Position numbers and translations under genes: made by a program. Below the pieces are notes generated by a model. That model saw only the letters and a list, made by a program, of their open reading frames with translations. It had not been told where the DNA came from and ran no database searches. From positions 1-64,000 of the forward strand of contig ADNK01001014.1 in the NCBI GenBank assembly GCA_000320545.1: a DNA stretch of 64,000 bases, read 5' to 3'. How positions within the stretch are numbered: position 1 is the stretch's first letter; each line of letters starts with the position of its first letter. This stretch comes from Bigelowiella natans CCMP2755. Lineage: Eukaryota > Protista > Cercozoa. This document shows, one piece after another, positions 61,501-64,000 of the stretch.

Positions 61501-62089
61501 TCCTTCTCTGTTACAGAACAGGCAATCTCTCCAGTGCTTTTGGCGTCCATCGTAGGCGATTCTAGAACCTCGCGGTGTACTGCTTCAGAGCCCTCCTCGA
61601 TACGGTAGTACCACGCCTGCGGGGCCCTCAGATTAGGATCGTTTGTTCTAACTGTCTTTCGGCGTGGAAAGTCGTTGGCAAGGTATTCGACCTCAACCCA
61701 CTTGCGTTTTCCCTCCCGAATGATCCCGCTCACGACCTGGCCCAAGAACCAGCGACCTTTCAAGGATCTTGACTTCACTTCGCATAGATCACCTTTCTCC
61801 CACTCCTTCGCCTTATAGTCGTGGTGCAAATCGTCGACGATGAGGGGGAACTCAATGAGTTCGTCCTCATTCACCGCAGGTTGCTGCGCAAGAGACTCTA
61901 AGACCTCGTTGGAACGTTCTTTGCAGAGAGAAATCAAAGTATCCATCACGAAAAAGTCGACAAGCTGGATGTACTTGGTAAGCTGTCGGCATCTAAGTTT
62001 GGAAACACAAAAATCAATCAAGGAAGATACACATAAAGGCACACACACATAAAGGCACACACACACACACACACACATATTTACTCAAC

Positions 62090-62134
<45 letters not shown>

Positions 62135-63896
62135 CACGTGCACACTGTATGTATTATACTTCGTCCGTTTGGCAGCATGTTCAGCATGGCTGGGCTTCTC
62201 CTCTTTTTTCCTGAAGTTGTTCTGGATCAAGAAGTTCTTGAGGTCATCAGCGCACGCCTTGGTAACAATAGAGCGAACTTTTGCCATCTGCCCGTCAAGT
62301 ACCTTTCCAACTGCTTGCAGCATTTTTTCCTGGCGTTTTTTGAACATTTTGAGCGGCATTGCTTCTATTTCGCCACCATTCTGTTCCTGCATGTAATCTA
62401 TTGGGAACAGTGACATGCGAGAGATATTGAAGCAAAGGAGCTGCAGTTCGGAGAGGGACGGCCGCAAGTGCTTATTCAGCATGTATAGGTTGTTTTTGAG
62501 GAAAGCACGACACTTGTCGTTCTTCTGCTTTCGAATGAACTTGTTCCAGAAATAGAAAACCTTCCATACCTGGAACTGCTTGAAAAATTGGATCTGCTTG
62601 ATTTCCATAAACAAGAAAAATTCACGCTCCCACTGCTGAAGAGAGATGAACTCTGTCTCGCCGTGGTAAAAGTGCGCGACGCCGCGCTTCGACATTGTAA
62701 AGTAGTTGGTGGGGTCAACATGATCGTGTTTGGCGATCTTTAGGTCGTATGGGCCGTGCGACTTAAGGTATACAAAGTCGGTCGACGAAGGGTTCTTGAT
62801 GAGTTTATTAATAAAGTGGAAAGGACTACTTTTGGACATATCCACCTTAGGATACCTGAGGGGAAAAGAAGTAATTCTCACGAAACAGCAATGGAGAGCG
62901 GGAGCCTTGTGAATCTATATAGCTGCAGGTTTTTTGATTGAAAAACTTAGCAGAAATGTTGACAAAAAAAAAATCTTTCCTTTTTACCCTGCAATAAACA
63001 TACACACTATGCACGCACCCTAGCTTCTCGTCGGAGGCCTTGATGGCTGTTTCGTCCTCCGGGAACAAAAGACCGTGCTGGCCATATGTGGCTGTGGGGC
63101 TTGCATCATTTGATTGTAATGATGATTTCGGAGACTTGGAAATAATGTTTTTAATCGACTGCATTCTCTGGAGCGGTCCAAGACCATCAAATCGACTTTC
63201 GAGACGCTTCATTGCAGGTCTCCCATCAAACGACGACGACGACGACGACGAAGATGTAGTAACTGCTTTCTTACTAATAGAACCAATCTTTGTTTCTATT
63301 GGATTAATGGTTGGTCCTAAGAGCGGTTGCAAGCTCCTCGTAACCTAAGGGGTAAAGGGGTGAAAATTCACGTTTTTGTTTTACAATTATTCCTTTCGTA
63401 CCGCCATGATTATTTCGCTAATGGCCAAATCGTATCACGTCACATTACCTGAAGCTCACTGTCCCTCGATGAGTCCTTTTTGTCTCCCGTTGATGATGTG
63501 GGTTTGCCTTCACTCGTTTTGAGTGTCATCTCTTTCTGAGCTTGTTCATTCATGCTACCAGTGCCGCCCCGTCTTGCTGGCTTTCGCATGAAGGTTGCTC
63601 CAGGAGTGAAGTGCTTCCCATGCGTCCTATGTAGGCGCTTGAGAAGTGTGTCGGGGCCTGATGACCCATCCTCCCCATGCGGGGGGCCTTGGCCTGCAGA
63701 GAAGATCTCATATAAGTTATAACTGCCACTTTATGTTATGTTGATGTTATTTCACAGCTCAATCATCTCTGCTTTGAGCCCGCATATCGAATAAGGAATT
63801 TCTCAAGGATGGTCAGATAATAATTTGGAAAAAACAGGATTGGGGTGTAGGGAGCGAGGTGGAATCCGGCGGGGGAGGGCATCGGTTACCAGACAT
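49511..63896 (-). CDS. DNAH6: Axonemal inner-arm dynein heavy chain, DNAH6-like
   Basis: P-loops AAA1 GPAGTGKT, AAA2 GPSGGGKS, AAA3 FTGLTGVGKSVI (DNAH6-type) and AAA4 GLGGSGRQS, then stalk and MTBD. C-terminal GFFYPQGFLTGTLQNFARK and YKTSVRAG|TLSTTGQSTNFV. N-terminal FVYL..GPYDL...YFTMS..GV...QWERE. The 5' exons 63890-63896, 63449-63693, 63019-63344 and from 62855 downward are phase-consistent; the exact start is less certain. Confidence 0.95.
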
Positions 63897-64000
63897 CCCT
63901 CGATGGACGTTTCTATTTTCAAAATCAGATAACACCGATAGATTTAAAATCCGTTTTAGAATCCTACGTCAGGAAATAATGAATGTAAATAGTTTAGAAT

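Noticed and set aside
50895-62413. Numerous plus-strand ORFs (e.g. 59605-60366, 60784-61608) opposite the dynein
   Set aside because: These are antisense shadows of a long codon-biased coding exon, Ser-rich and without motifs.

Overview
Eukaryotic (protist) nuclear DNA, gene-dense, with GT-AG spliceosomal introns that are often filled with microsatellites. An axonemal dynein implies a flagellate stage. An ABA4-like gene and a signal-peptide-like leader on deoxyhypusine synthase are compatible with a complex-plastid alga such as a chlorarachniophyte, but taxonomy cannot be proven from this window. Manual exon threading gives 16 protein-coding genes in order: NRF-6/acyltransferase-3 (+, 5' partial), DUF2306-like (-), ABA4/DUF4281-like (+), a small beta-thymosin/actobindin-like protein (-), an ankyrin-repeat protein (+), CHMP5/VPS60 (-), YdcF/DUF218-like (-), an intronless Nup98-like FG/APD protein (+), a GH18 chitinase-like protein with a degenerate catalytic motif (-), a class I SAM-methyltransferase-like protein (+), an SVOP/SV2-like MFS transporter (-), mitochondrial ATP synthase epsilon (+), an F5/8-type C domain protein (-), deoxyhypusine synthase (+), an EF-hand + double-hotdog acyl-CoA thioesterase fusion (+) and a DNAH6-like inner-arm dynein heavy chain (-). 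I found no supportable rRNA, tRNA, CRISPR array or intact mobile element. The most notable observations are: the EF-hand/thioesterase fusion; Tudor-like and SH3-like modules inserted in the dynein tail; the thymosin-like microprotein; the leader-bearing DHS; near-strict strand alternation with CTAG/CATG/TGCA palindrome-rich blocks behind gene 3' ends; and introns whose two halves carry mutually complementary simple repeats next to weak 5' splice sites. All family assignments come from remembered motifs, not database searches.
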